Shown here piece by piece: positions 43,721-53,110 of a DNA stretch of 64,000 bases (position 1 is its first letter; every line of letters starts with the position of its first letter). Source of the stretch: Patescibacteria group bacterium. GTDB taxonomy: Bacteria; Patescibacteriota; Minisyncoccia; Phycocordibacterales; UBA1006. The notes beneath the pieces are model-generated. The model saw only the letters and a program-made list of their open reading frames with translations. It was not told the origin of the DNA and did no database searches. The stretch is from assembly GCA_028286885.1 (NCBI GenBank), contig JAQBQS010000007.1, positions 17,645 through 81,644 on the forward strand, read 5' to 3'. Both the position numbers and the translations under genes were made by a program.

Positions 43721-44524
43721 ATGGAACAAACAAACGCACCTCATAGCAATCACGAGACGCCTCACAACCCTCCGATTGTTCAGACACCTTCGACCAAAAA
43801 GTCATTTTTTGAAACCTATCAGAATTTCTTCGCGATTATCATCGTCGGAATCCTCATTCTCGCAGGCATCTTGATCGCCCACTTCACTGAAGGCGGCAAG
43901 GGTTCAACCTCACAGCAAGAAAATCAACCGCTCACACAGTCGCAGGTTCGTGACGGCCTGGTCAAGGTTGCAAAAGATTTAAAATTGGACAAGAAGGCAT
44001 TTGCAACATGTCTCGACAACGGCACGTACAAAAATCTGATCGCGTCCGATGTAAAACTCGCGCAGGATTCAGGAGTCCAGGGCACGCCGACATTCTTCAT
44101 CTTGAACCGAACACTGAACGCTGATGGATCAGTAAAATCGACAAAGCAGTTTGAAATTCTCGGCGCACGAGATGAGGCGACGTTTTTGAAGTCTGTTGCT
44201 GACGGCAAAGCTCCGGCCGACCAGCCTGAACAACCTGCGGGACAAAAAGTCGCTTTGTCTGACAGTGATCACTACATGGGACCGAAGGATGCGAAAGTTG
44301 TGATCGTCGAATATTCAGATATCGAATGTCCTTACTGCAAGGCCGAAAAGCCTGTTATCGATACCATCTTGAAAAATCATCCTGAATACGGATTCGTATA
44401 CCGACATTCTCCGATTGCTTCGCTCCATCCTTGGGCCGAGTACAAAGCCGAGGGATCCGAGTGTGCATTCGCACAGGGCGGAGACACAGCATTCTGGAAG
44501 TACTTGGATGAGACCGTTAAGTAG
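43721..44524 (+). CDS. Membrane-anchored DsbA-like thiol:disulfide oxidoreductase with apparently permuted halves (CPYC-containing segment is C-terminal)
   Basis: Start at MEQTNAPH, then a TM anchor. Residues about 80-170 resemble the C-terminal half of DsbA/BdbD (...GVQGTPTFFILN...) and residues about 190-267 resemble the N-terminal half (AKVVIVEYSDIECPYCKA...FWKYLDE). Confidence 0.6.
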   Translation: MEQTNAPHSNHETPHNPPIVQTPSTKKSFFETYQNFFAIIIVGILILAGILIAHFTEGGKGSTSQQENQPLTQSQVRDGLVKVAKDLKLDKKAFATCLDNGTYKNLIASDVKLAQDSGVQGTPTFFILNRTLNADGSVKSTKQFEILGARDEATFLKSVADGKAPADQPEQPAGQKVALSDSDHYMGPKDAKVVIVEYSDIECPYCKAEKPVIDTILKNHPEYGFVYRHSPIASLHPWAEYKAEGSECAFAQGGDTAFWKYLDETVK

Positions 44525-44540
44525 TAAGATTTTACAAAAC

Positions 44541-44580
44541 AACAACGCGCGGCAGGCTTCGCCTGCCGCGCGTTGTTGTT
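44541..44580 (+). terminator. Rho-independent terminator (18-bp stem acaacaacgcgcggcagg-cttcg-cctgccgcgcgttgttgt + TTT)
   Basis: Very long perfect stem, immediately after the stop at 44524. Confidence 0.6.
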
Positions 44581-44645
44581 TGACAAATTTAATTTAAAAT
44601 GATAAAGTTTTTTGGAAATTGTATTGTTAACATAAATATAAAAAT

Positions 44646-45263
44646 ATGAGCGCAGCAGGCGGCGGAGCCGGACATAGAAAAACCAGCGAATCTACAGACA
44701 CATTTTGGGAAACCACAATGAACAAAGTCGAACATTTTAACGATCCTAAAACTACCGGCAAAATCGATTTCGTTACCACAGGCTACCCTGACCAAGAACT
44801 CGAAATTTACTTGGAGCCGGGACTACGGCCCGGAACGTTCTTCTCTGCTTCGTTCCGCCAAGAAGACATCGAACTTATGAAACAGTGCGGCATCAACTGG
44901 GTGATCGGAGTATGTACCATAGGAAAAACGGCAACCGGCCCAAATCCTCTTTATTGGTATCGCGATGAAATCCATAAAATTCTCGGCTTTCAGCCTGAAA
45001 TCGCCCATCTTTCGCAACTCCTCGATCGTGAAGTAAAAAAGAAGCTTTGGAACGGATGCCTGGCTTTCTTTGAAAAATGGTATGTAAATCAACGATATAT
45101 CTACCGCCAGCAGATTTTATGGAACGACATCAAAACCGACCTGGAGTGCGCACGCACCGTTTTTAATGAATTCAAGGAATGCGACGAAATGCATTTCCAA
45201 TTCTTTATCAGATATCTCGCGGGATATCTCGGCGAAAAAAATAAAAACATCGAAGGTGACTAA
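44646..45263 (+). CDS. Hypothetical protein (205 aa; the start may be the internal MNKVEHF at 44718)
   Basis: Track ORF with a downstream hairpin terminator (45283-45312). Confidence 0.4.
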   Translation: MSAAGGGAGHRKTSESTDTFWETTMNKVEHFNDPKTTGKIDFVTTGYPDQELEIYLEPGLRPGTFFSASFRQEDIELMKQCGINWVIGVCTIGKTATGPNPLYWYRDEIHKILGFQPEIAHLSQLLDREVKKKLWNGCLAFFEKWYVNQRYIYRQQILWNDIKTDLECARTVFNEFKECDEMHFQFFIRYLAGYLGEKNKNIEGD

Positions 45264-45282
45264 TCCTTCAAAACCCTTTCAA

Positions 45283-45312
45283 AATATGGAAGGGTTTTTT
45301 ATTTTGGATTTT
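45283..45312 (+). terminator. Rho-independent terminator (aaccctt-tcaaaatatgg-aagggtt + T6)
   Basis: Stem-loop with a T-run after the stop at 45263. Confidence 0.5.
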
Positions 45313-45321
45313 CTTGAAAGT

Positions 45322-45357
45322 TTAACAAAAAAATCCCTCTGATATTCAAAGGGATTT
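45322..45357 (-). terminator. Rho-independent terminator on the minus strand (aaatccct-ttgaatatcag-agggattt + T7)
   Basis: Convergent terminator for the 45364-45837 gene. Confidence 0.5.
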
Positions 45358-45363
45358 GGTGTG

Positions 45364-45837
45364 TTATTTCGGCTTGCGTGTTACAGGTACGACCCAATCA
45401 TTCTTGATTGTGGTGGTTTCTTTTGGTGGTATATAACCTTGTTTTAAAAACCAATCCTTGTCCGACGCGAGTATTATTTCTGAGGTGAACCGATCGAAAT
45501 CGAAATCGATTTTTCCCTCGGATATGAGAATTATTATCCGACGAACGTATCTCTCGAGGGACAGCAGATAAAACTTTTCCTCGCTGCCTGGCCACCAAAC
45601 TTGGCCTGTTCTTGGCAATCTCGCCGATTGAAGCATGAGGTCGATTCTGCTTCGGCTGTTCCTGAGCTGCGTAACGAGGCATCCGATTTCGTGATACATC
45701 GCCTTGTCAGGATGTTCGTCCTTGAAAGGAAGAAGCATCTGCTGAAATTTTATGAGAGCAGGAATGATCAGCTCGGAATCGAGGAAGGTCTGCATCAAAT
45801 CGACTCTTAGTTCGATAGTATTATCTAATTTATTCAT
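45364..45837 (-). CDS. Hypothetical protein (157 aa)
   Basis: Track ORF with its own terminator. No recognisable family. Confidence 0.45.
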   Translation of the reverse strand: MNKLDNTIELRVDLMQTFLDSELIIPALIKFQQMLLPFKDEHPDKAMYHEIGCLVTQLRNSRSRIDLMLQSARLPRTGQVWWPGSEEKFYLLSLERYVRRIIILISEGKIDFDFDRFTSEIILASDKDWFLKQGYIPPKETTTIKNDWVVPVTRKPK

Positions 45838-45927
45838 ATTTTTTAGTGTTGTTTAGTTAAAACCTAACATGTAAATCCTGTTCAGTCAAATATTTTATTT
45901 CTGCCGTTTTTGATAGAATGAACAGGT

Positions 45928-46476
45928 ATGAACAAAACCACCCGTTATATTATCTTAGGAGCATTGGTAGTCATCTTCGTCGGATTGTTTGTCTGGTACA
46001 AGGCAACTCCCGGCAAGTACGACGCGCTCGCGACTTATCTGTCAGACTCAGGCGTAAAGATGTACGGAGCCTACTGGTGCCCACACTGCCAAGCAACGAA
46101 ACAAGCATTCGGAAAATCTGCAAGCAAACTTCCCTATGTTGAATGTTCAAACCAGGATCAGACACAGACCCAAGTTTGCATCGACCACAACATCGTCAGC
46201 TATCCGACATGGGACTTCCCGAATCCGATCATCCTTTCAAGCGGATCAAACGACAGCAATGTCGCATGTAAGGATCCTTACACAGCCGAACAACCTCAGT
46301 CTTGCCAAGGCGCAGCAGCTGGATCATTTGTCCTGACGGTCAACAACCGAGCATTTCTCACGCCGTCATCTGCAACGCTCCAGAACGGAGTCTGGACGCT
46401 TCCCGTCCACTCGCGAACGTCCGGCGAGGTGGAACCGGAGGTTCTCGGAACGCTTGCCGGATACAAAGGAAAATAA
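45928..46476 (+). CDS. Membrane-anchored thioredoxin-fold protein (WCPHC active site)
   Basis: N-terminal TM, YGAYWCPHCQATKQAFG thioredoxin motif, and an extra Cys-rich C-terminal region. Confidence 0.6.
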   Translation: MNKTTRYIILGALVVIFVGLFVWYKATPGKYDALATYLSDSGVKMYGAYWCPHCQATKQAFGKSASKLPYVECSNQDQTQTQVCIDHNIVSYPTWDFPNPIILSSGSNDSNVACKDPYTAEQPQSCQGAAAGSFVLTVNNRAFLTPSSATLQNGVWTLPVHSRTSGEVEPEVLGTLAGYKGK

Positions 46477-46480
46477 ATCT

Positions 46481-47005
46481 ATGAGCGCTCTCTCTGTATT
46501 CAATACAATCACAGGAATTGGATCGATCATTATCATCCTAGGCGTTCTCTTGGTCATTGCGCTCGTCTTCCTCGGCGAGACTGATTCAAAGATTTTTAAA
46601 TGGATCAAGAAAAACGCTGCCGTTTTTACTTTCGTACTCGCACTCGGCGGAATGATCGGAAGCCTGATCTATTCCAACGTGTTCGGATTCGCTCCTTGCG
46701 AGTTCTGCTGGTCTATCCGCATTATGCTGTATCCGCAGGTCGTCATCTTCGGAGCGCACCTGTGGCGACGGGATGCAAATGCGTGGCTCGTCTCGACAAT
46801 TCTTTCGATCGTCGGACTCGGACTCTCCATTTACTTGGTACTCCTCCAAGCCGGCAAGATCGGAAACGACGCGGCATGCATCGCAGCCGGCGTATCATGC
46901 GCCAAAATCGACGTGATCATCTTCGGATGGCTCACGATACCGATCATGGTTCTGGTCTTCTTTGTCGGAATGCTTACGCTGTCGTATGTAGCACATAAAA
47001 AATAA
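46481..47005 (+). CDS. Disulfide bond formation protein B (DsbB/BdbC family)
   Basis: Four TM helices, first-loop CxxC (FAPCEFCWSIRIMLYP, matching the BdbC pattern) and a second-loop Cys pair (AACIAAGVSCAK). Start at MSALSVF. Confidence 0.7.
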   Translation: MSALSVFNTITGIGSIIIILGVLLVIALVFLGETDSKIFKWIKKNAAVFTFVLALGGMIGSLIYSNVFGFAPCEFCWSIRIMLYPQVVIFGAHLWRRDANAWLVSTILSIVGLGLSIYLVLLQAGKIGNDAACIAAGVSCAKIDVIIFGWLTIPIMVLVFFVGMLTLSYVAHKK

Positions 47006-47009
47006 ACAA

Positions 47010-47038
47010 GAAAAAAGCCGCACGGATGTGCGGCTTTG
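47010..47038. terminator. Bidirectional terminator (aagccgcac-ggat-gtgcggctt)
   Basis: Stem-loop between the convergent DsbB (+) and 47040-47594 (-) genes, with a T-run on the minus strand. Confidence 0.55.
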
Positions 47039-47039
47039 G

Positions 47040-47594
47040 TTATCTGGATAGATAATAGTTTCTCTTTCCGTTGGTTTCAACATAACCAATTCCTTTGTAT
47101 CCAGCTGCGACAAGGTCATTTAGAAAGCAACTTGCCTGGCAAGATGCCTGCGACATGAGCTTACTGTAGCCCTTGTCCCAATCGTAAGGCTTTTTGTCCG
47201 CTTTGGTAACGCAATACTCCTTGACGAAATCCGTGCGCACGCCGTCAGCTCCGACATCCTGGATGATGAGCGAGTCATCTTCCAAGTGGATGACCATTTG
47301 AACTAATGTATCCTTCCCGAAATGGAAGTTATAGTGGGTCAAGCAGCAGAGTGTTTTACCAACAACCAAAGAAAAAGAATTTTTCAGCCAAAGCGTATCT
47401 CTCTTATTAAGCGAAAGACCTTCGACTGTTTTCCTAAATGTAGCAATATCAGTCTTGCAGGAACCGCATGTCGCCGCTGGCTTGATGACGATGACGCCGT
47501 CACTGACGGAAAGACGTCCCGCAACCGAAGCGCTATCTTGAGCCTCCGTTCGCATTGCGAAAAAAGCCAGGGTTAGGATCAATAGTTGTTTCAT
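47040..47594 (-). CDS. Secreted Cys-rich hypothetical protein (184 aa)
   Basis: Signal peptide MKQLLILTLAFFAMRTEA and 10 Cys in the mature part. Confidence 0.5.
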   Translation of the reverse strand: MKQLLILTLAFFAMRTEAQDSASVAGRLSVSDGVIVIKPAATCGSCKTDIATFRKTVEGLSLNKRDTLWLKNSFSLVVGKTLCCLTHYNFHFGKDTLVQMVIHLEDDSLIIQDVGADGVRTDFVKEYCVTKADKKPYDWDKGYSKLMSQASCQASCFLNDLVAAGYKGIGYVETNGKRNYYLSR

Positions 47595-47617
47595 TTTTAT
47601 TAATTTGTTTCTAAATA

Positions 47618-47646
47618 TAATATCATATTATTGATAGTATGTCAAT
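47618..47646 (-). promoter_or_regulatory. Sigma70-like promoter TTGACA-N17-TATTAT (minus strand)
   Basis: Consensus hexamers about 25 nt upstream of the ATG at 47594. Confidence 0.55.
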
Positions 47647-47664
47647 AAAATCCCTCGCGGGATT

Positions 47665-48153
47665 TTATTGCTTATGAAATTCATACGACATCTCATTATA
47701 TTCCTTCGTTTCATACGCAACGATATTATCTGAATGCTCCAAAACAAATTCGGCGATTCCCGTATCAAGTGCGAGGCGCGAGCAGACCGTGCAGTACGGC
47801 TCGCCTGACGGCAGCAAGTTTCCTTGGTCGTCGATGCGGCCGAAATACAGGACGCTTCCCTTCAGATCATTTCCCTTCTTCAAACTATCGAGGATCGCGC
47901 GCCACTCCGCATGCATGCAGCACGTCCGATCGGACTTTGGTTTTTTTAGATGTTCCGGATACTCGCACGTGCATTTCGCATCGACAATATTATCATTCGG
48001 CGGCGCGTTGTAACCCTCGCCAATAATCATTCCATTTGAAACGATGACCGCCCCGCATTTGTCGCGTTTGCAAAGAGCCTTCATTGCAATCTTGGCAACT
48101 GATTCAAAATATTTGTGCGCTTGCGCGAGGTCACTGCCTTCGAGAATTCTCAT
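47665..48153 (-). CDS. CMP/dCMP-type zinc deaminase (CDA fold) with an extra Cys/His cluster
   Basis: CGAVIVSNGMIIGEGYN, CMHAEWRAI (HAE) and PYCTVCSRL (PCxxC). Start is ambiguous (ATG at 48153, 48177 or 48192). A hairpin with T-run lies across 48181-48204. Confidence 0.65.
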   Translation of the reverse strand: MRILEGSDLAQAHKYFESVAKIAMKALCKRDKCGAVIVSNGMIIGEGYNAPPNDNIVDAKCTCEYPEHLKKPKSDRTCCMHAEWRAILDSLKKGNDLKGSVLYFGRIDDQGNLLPSGEPYCTVCSRLALDTGIAEFVLEHSDNIVAYETKEYNEMSYEFHKQ

Positions 48154-48202
48154 GGAAACATGATACCATGCCGGCATAAGAAAAAACCGCATCGCTGCGG
48201 CT

Positions 48203-48727
48203 TTATTTTTTCATGAAGAACTTATGGCACGGAACCCAAAGGGCACCGTTTTTGATATGCATGTACACGTCCGGCGACTTGAAGTTGATGCAGAAGAACA
48301 GCTTGAACGATTCGCCTTTGTGACTTACCTTCCAAATGTTGCCGAGTCCGTTGCGCTGGATCGGAGATATTTCTCCCTTGGCAAGTTTTTGCAAAAGATA
48401 CTTCCACGCCCACAGGAGCGCATCGAGCTCCATCGATGACTGTCCTGACGCGCCAAAAATCTTCGAATCGTTCTGGACTTTTTTCTTGTTCGTTCTTGTT
48501 GCAAGGCGCGTTTCGGAGATTCCTGAAATGAGGGTTTCCTTTTCGTAGAATGCCTTGATCAGCTCCGCAAACGGATCGCTTGCCACGAGGCGCAATCCGA
48601 GCTTCTTGTCTTTTCCTTTCGAGCCCTGATCCTCTTCGTCGAGATCCTGCTTGGCTTCTCCAAGAAAAAATTCACGAGGCAAAAACGGGGTTTTCTGCTC
48701 CGGTATCGTTATTATGTTAGTTTGCAT
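48203..48727 (-). CDS. Hypothetical protein (174 aa)
   Basis: Track ORF with an upstream promoter-like TTTGACA-N17-TAGTCT (48767-48795). No family recognised. Confidence 0.45.
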   Translation of the reverse strand: MQTNIITIPEQKTPFLPREFFLGEAKQDLDEEDQGSKGKDKKLGLRLVASDPFAELIKAFYEKETLISGISETRLATRTNKKKVQNDSKIFGASGQSSMELDALLWAWKYLLQKLAKGEISPIQRNGLGNIWKVSHKGESFKLFFCINFKSPDVYMHIKNGALWVPCHKFFMKK

Positions 48728-48798
48728 TCGATTCTTTATTTTGTTTTTTAAATCTTATTCTATCCAAGACTATCTGAAACGTGACCCTCTGTCAAAGG

Positions 48799-49590
48799 CT
48801 AGCGGAGCAGCAAAAACACCAGGATTCCGAGGACTATCCGGTACCATCCGAACGCCGCAAACGAATGATTCTTGATGAATGTAAGGAACGTCTTGATGGC
48901 AAGAATCGCGACGATAAACGATACGATCGTTCCAACGGCAAGCATGAGCCATTCGTGCCCGGAAAATGCGATCGGCGTCTTGACCAAATCCAAGACAGCC
49001 GCGCCCGCAATGACAGGAACTCCGAGAAGAAACGAGAATTCGACGATTGCCGAACGCGAAATCCCGATCATCCGGCCTCCCACAATCGTCGCAGCCGAAC
49101 GCGAAACGCCCGGAATAACCGCGAGGGACTGGATCGTTCCGACAACAAGCGCATCTTTAAATGATATTTCTTCGAGGGACTTTCCGACCAAATTCGGGCT
49201 CAGATTGTTGCGCGACTTGTGGGTCTCAAAAAGCTCGAAAATGACGAGTACGATACCGCCGATAACCAATGCGGCCGCAACGACGACGATGTTTCCAATG
49301 AGAAATTTCTTGATGAAGTGATAGAGGACATATCCGATCACGGCTGTCGGAACGAATCCGGCAAGCACGCGCATCCATAGCGTTCGGCTTGAAAGTATTT
49401 TTTTCAAATACAAGACGACGACGGCAAGAATCGCCCCGAACTGGATTACGATTTCGAATGATTTCAAGAATTCAGAATCCGCCAAATGCAGAATGCGCGA
49501 CGCGATGATGAGATGCGCCGTGGACGATACCGGCAAAAATTCGGTAATCCCCTCGACGAGGCCGAGGATAATGGAATGGATGAGATGCAT
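48799..49590 (-). CDS. uppP: Undecaprenyl-diphosphatase (BacA/UppP)
   Basis: GLVEGITEFLPVSSTAHL and PGVSRSAATI motifs; 8 TM. Confidence 0.85.
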   Translation of the reverse strand: MHLIHSIILGLVEGITEFLPVSSTAHLIIASRILHLADSEFLKSFEIVIQFGAILAVVVLYLKKILSSRTLWMRVLAGFVPTAVIGYVLYHFIKKFLIGNIVVVAAALVIGGIVLVIFELFETHKSRNNLSPNLVGKSLEEISFKDALVVGTIQSLAVIPGVSRSAATIVGGRMIGISRSAIVEFSFLLGVPVIAGAAVLDLVKTPIAFSGHEWLMLAVGTIVSFIVAILAIKTFLTFIKNHSFAAFGWYRIVLGILVFLLLR

Positions 49591-49653
49591 GACACAATCC
49601 TATCACGCGGATTTCAAACAAAAAACTTCCCTTAGGAAGTTTTTTGATGCGTG

Positions 49654-50559
49654 CTATTGCCCGTCCGGCAATCGCTTGTCTAAAAAGGGATTCGGGTTGT
49701 TGACCGGTTCCTGAGATTTCAATTCGAAAATATGGTCGATCGAATTTGAGAACTTCGCCCATCCGGCGCGCGCGCCCAGATATCCGGCATTCTTGACCGC
49801 AAGATCTACGGTGGGATTGTGTCCGTATTCCGGATACGCAAGAGCTATGACCGGGTGTCCAAGTTTCGCTTCAAGCGTCGCTTTGCTGTCGGCAAGCTCG
49901 CTTGCAACTTGCGCGGGTGTTTTTGCCTTGGCAAGATTTACATGATGGACCGTGTGCGACTCGATGTCCATGCCTGCGCGATCAAGCGCGATGACGTCAT
50001 CCCACGTCATGTACGCGCCGTATCCTTGGTAATTCGTAATAATGAAAAATGTCCCCTTGAATTTATATTTCTCAAGAATCGGAAGCGCGTATTGGTATTG
50101 GGACTTCCATCCATCATCAAATGACAGGACGACCGCCTTCTCGGGAAGTGGCGTATTGTTCCTGAAGCTTGTAACAAGTTCCGCGAACGTGACGGGATGG
50201 TAATTATTATCGGACAAATATTTCATCTGCTTGTCGAAATCTTCTGAGGTAATGCGGTAATGCGATTGCAGTTTTGATTCTTTTTTCAGCATCATCGGAC
50301 CAAATGAATGATAGACAAGAATGGTTACGTTTTGATGCGCAGCGTCAGGACCGGTATAGGTTATGGAAGGATTCTGAGATGCAACAGGTGCGGTGTCCAC
50401 TCCTAATGTAGGAGGGGTGGCCGATAGGCCGGGGTGGTATGTATCTTGCGACACGGCAGATTTCGCCTTTTGCGCATGCGACACGCCCGCATAAATTCCC
50501 CCTCCGATCAAAACAACGAAGAGAACGATGACAAAAATTATTTTAGAGTTCGATTTCAT
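49654..50559 (-). CDS. Polysaccharide deacetylase (NodB-homology, CE4) with an N-terminal TM anchor
   Basis: LSFDDGW, the His-His zinc-binding motif HTVHHVNL, and the catalytic Asp/His pattern of the CE4 family. Confidence 0.8.
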   Translation of the reverse strand: MKSNSKIIFVIVLFVVLIGGGIYAGVSHAQKAKSAVSQDTYHPGLSATPPTLGVDTAPVASQNPSITYTGPDAAHQNVTILVYHSFGPMMLKKESKLQSHYRITSEDFDKQMKYLSDNNYHPVTFAELVTSFRNNTPLPEKAVVLSFDDGWKSQYQYALPILEKYKFKGTFFIITNYQGYGAYMTWDDVIALDRAGMDIESHTVHHVNLAKAKTPAQVASELADSKATLEAKLGHPVIALAYPEYGHNPTVDLAVKNAGYLGARAGWAKFSNSIDHIFELKSQEPVNNPNPFLDKRLPDGQ

Positions 50560-50698
50560 ATCGGGAAACTATAACAGACCTGCATATGAAACGCCAAATA
50601 GTGGTGCGATAAAGAAAAAATAAAGAGGTTGTCCCCACCTCCTCGACAACGGGCATTGTTCCCCTATACTTTACTTATCCATAATTTATTATTTTCTT

Positions 50699-51385
50699 AT
50701 GCGCATTTTAATCATCGAAGACGACCTTGATACGGCAACGTTTGTAAAGTCACGACTTGAAGAGAAGTGCTTCGCGGTGGACATTGAAACGGACGGAAAT
50801 CTGGGACTCCGGGCTGCCAGGACAAATGATTACGACCTGATCCTGGTAGATTACAATCTGCCGAGCAGAAACGGTTTCTCGATTATCAGCGAGATCAGAT
50901 CCGCCGAGGACAAGAGGCGCGTACATACTCCGATCATCATGATCTCCGTCATTGGAGAAATTCCGCATAAGGTCGAGGGCTTTACGATGGGAGCCGACGA
51001 CTACGTCACAAAACCTTTTTTCTTTGACGAACTGTTCGCCCGCATTCAAGCGATCCTGCGGCGGCCGAACGTCCGCAAGGAATCCGTATTCAAAGTCGAC
51101 GATCTGACGCTCGACACGAATCGCCAGAAAGTCATCCGAGGAAATGAATCCGTCTATCTGACGCGCAAAGAGTTCGCGCTTCTGGAATACCTGTTGCGCA
51201 ACGAAGGAATGGTCGTATCGCGCGGCATGATCACCGAACATGTCTGGGACATGAACGTGGATCCTTTTTCAAATACGATCGAAATGCATATTCTGAACCT
51301 GCGCAAGAAAATCGACAGGACCGCGAAAAGCAAGCTCATCCACAGCATTCCCGGACGCGGATACAAAATCGACATTGCGAAATAA
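50699..51385 (+). CDS. OmpR/PhoB-family response regulator
   Basis: Receiver domain (IEDD..., phospho-Asp in LILVDYNLP, K...P) plus a winged-helix DNA-binding C-terminus. Confidence 0.85.
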   Translation: MRILIIEDDLDTATFVKSRLEEKCFAVDIETDGNLGLRAARTNDYDLILVDYNLPSRNGFSIISEIRSAEDKRRVHTPIIMISVIGEIPHKVEGFTMGADDYVTKPFFFDELFARIQAILRRPNVRKESVFKVDDLTLDTNRQKVIRGNESVYLTRKEFALLEYLLRNEGMVVSRGMITEHVWDMNVDPFSNTIEMHILNLRKKIDRTAKSKLIHSIPGRGYKIDIAK

Positions 51386-51584
51386 GAGCAAAGCCCTTAT
51401 GATAGTTGAGAAAATCTTTATCCTTCCTTGAGCGCAACTTGAATAGACTGTGCAAGGACCTTTCCGCCGTCGAACGGAAACCGGTTCTTTAATCCAGTTC
51501 ATTCTCTTAAATTTTTTATGACATCAGTTGCACAGGCACTTTTGACAAACAAGGATTCTCGATCGGCTGACGCTGCGAAAGCAG

Positions 51585-53099
51585 TTGCTCTCTCTTCGAC
51601 AACCTACGAAGCTTGGGACTAATCTGAAGTCCACAATAATGGACGCGCGCATGAACAACATAGTTACGGATGAAATGAATAAAATCTATGTTTCACTCAC
51701 GCGAGGCGGCCATTTTCTGTACAGAAAATTGATTAAGCCCAGATCATCGAGCGAAGATGACCGTCGGCATGAATTCATTCTGAATGTTATCCTCTCCGGG
51801 CTCTTAGGACTCCTATGCGTTTATTATTTTCTTGTCATTGATCATTCTTTGAGGCAGGGAACTTCATACCAAGGCGTATCCGTCTTTTCCTTCACGGTTA
51901 TCATTGCGATGACCGTCGGATTGCTTATCTTGTCTCGCAAAGGAAAATTCGGAGTGGCATCTTATGTGGTTGTCGGAATTTTCTTCGCAGGCGCGGCATA
52001 CGGATCGTATCATTTTGGAGCAGACCTGCAGGGACCGCTGCTTGCCTATGTCCTGGTCATAACGATTTCGAGCATTCTGATCAGCATCCGATCGGGATTC
52101 ATGATGACCCTTCTTTCATCGGCAACCGTTCTTGCGATTTGGCATCTGCAGCTCGCTCATATTATTCATCCGCACTGGTTTTGGAAATACAATGCGCGAC
52201 AGAGCGACGCAACGGTCTTTGTCGTCATGTTTTTCGTAATCATGACCCTGTCGTGGCTTTCCAACCGTGAAATGGAAAACTCCCTCAAGCGGGCGCGAAA
52301 GTCCGAAGCCGATTTGAAACTCGAACGCGACAGCCTGGAAATCAAGGTCGAGGAGCGCACGCGCGAGATCAAGGCGCTCCAGGCCGACAAGCTTGCGGGC
52401 CTGTACCGTTCAGCCGAGATCGGCAAGCTTTCCGCCGGAATTTTTCATGACTTGATGGGACCTCTCACAACGGTCGTTTCGAGCGTCGGCGAGCTCGAGC
52501 GCAAACCGGAACATTTGCCGGAAGTAAAAGCGTATCTTGAGCGGGCCGTCGTCGCGTCCCGCAGGCTCGGCGATTTCATCGGCACCGTCCGCAAGCAGAT
52601 CAGGCCGAGCGCAATGGAAGAATTATTCTCCCTTAACAAGGAACTCCGCGAAGCCGTCGACATTTTGAAATACCGTTCCCGCGAAGTGGGAGTAACGCTT
52701 TCTGTTGTCGACAAGAAGGAATTGCGCGTTTTCGGCAACCCTCTTCGGTTCCATCAGATTTGCGTAAACCTGATTTCAAACGCGATCGACGCATGCGAGA
52801 CCGCCAAAAATTCGCGCGGCGACCTTCTCGGGCACCAATCCGCCATCCATATCAATCTCTCCAAGATGGACAAGAATGCCCAGCTGAAAATTACCGACCG
52901 TGGATGCGGAATTCCGGAATCGCTTCACGCGAAGATTTTCGATTCATTCTTCACGACGAAAGACTACTCCAAAGGCATGGGGCTCGGACTTTCCACAACC
53001 AAGGAAATCGTAGAAAACGATTTCGGCGGAACGATCGCCGTCACGAGCATGGAAAACCAAGGATCGACATTCACAATACTCATTCCTCTCTCGCGCTAA
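51585..53099 (+). CDS. Sensor histidine kinase (multi-TM sensor, HisKA + HATPase_c)
   Basis: Six TM helices, H-box (GIFHDLMGPL), N, G1 (DRGCGIP), F and G2 (GMGLGL) boxes. Confidence 0.8.
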   Translation: MLSLRQPTKLGTNLKSTIMDARMNNIVTDEMNKIYVSLTRGGHFLYRKLIKPRSSSEDDRRHEFILNVILSGLLGLLCVYYFLVIDHSLRQGTSYQGVSVFSFTVIIAMTVGLLILSRKGKFGVASYVVVGIFFAGAAYGSYHFGADLQGPLLAYVLVITISSILISIRSGFMMTLLSSATVLAIWHLQLAHIIHPHWFWKYNARQSDATVFVVMFFVIMTLSWLSNREMENSLKRARKSEADLKLERDSLEIKVEERTREIKALQADKLAGLYRSAEIGKLSAGIFHDLMGPLTTVVSSVGELERKPEHLPEVKAYLERAVVASRRLGDFIGTVRKQIRPSAMEELFSLNKELREAVDILKYRSREVGVTLSVVDKKELRVFGNPLRFHQICVNLISNAIDACETAKNSRGDLLGHQSAIHINLSKMDKNAQLKITDRGCGIPESLHAKIFDSFFTTKDYSKGMGLGLSTTKEIVENDFGGTIAVTSMENQGSTFTILIPLSR

Positions 53100-53110
53100 C
53101 TATCAATACT

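Noticed and set aside
52760-53110. N-terminal 117 codons of track ORF 52760-55054
   Set aside because: Arg-rich junk translation that overlaps the 3' end of the histidine kinase gene in another frame. The real start is the ATG at 53111 immediately after the kinase stop.
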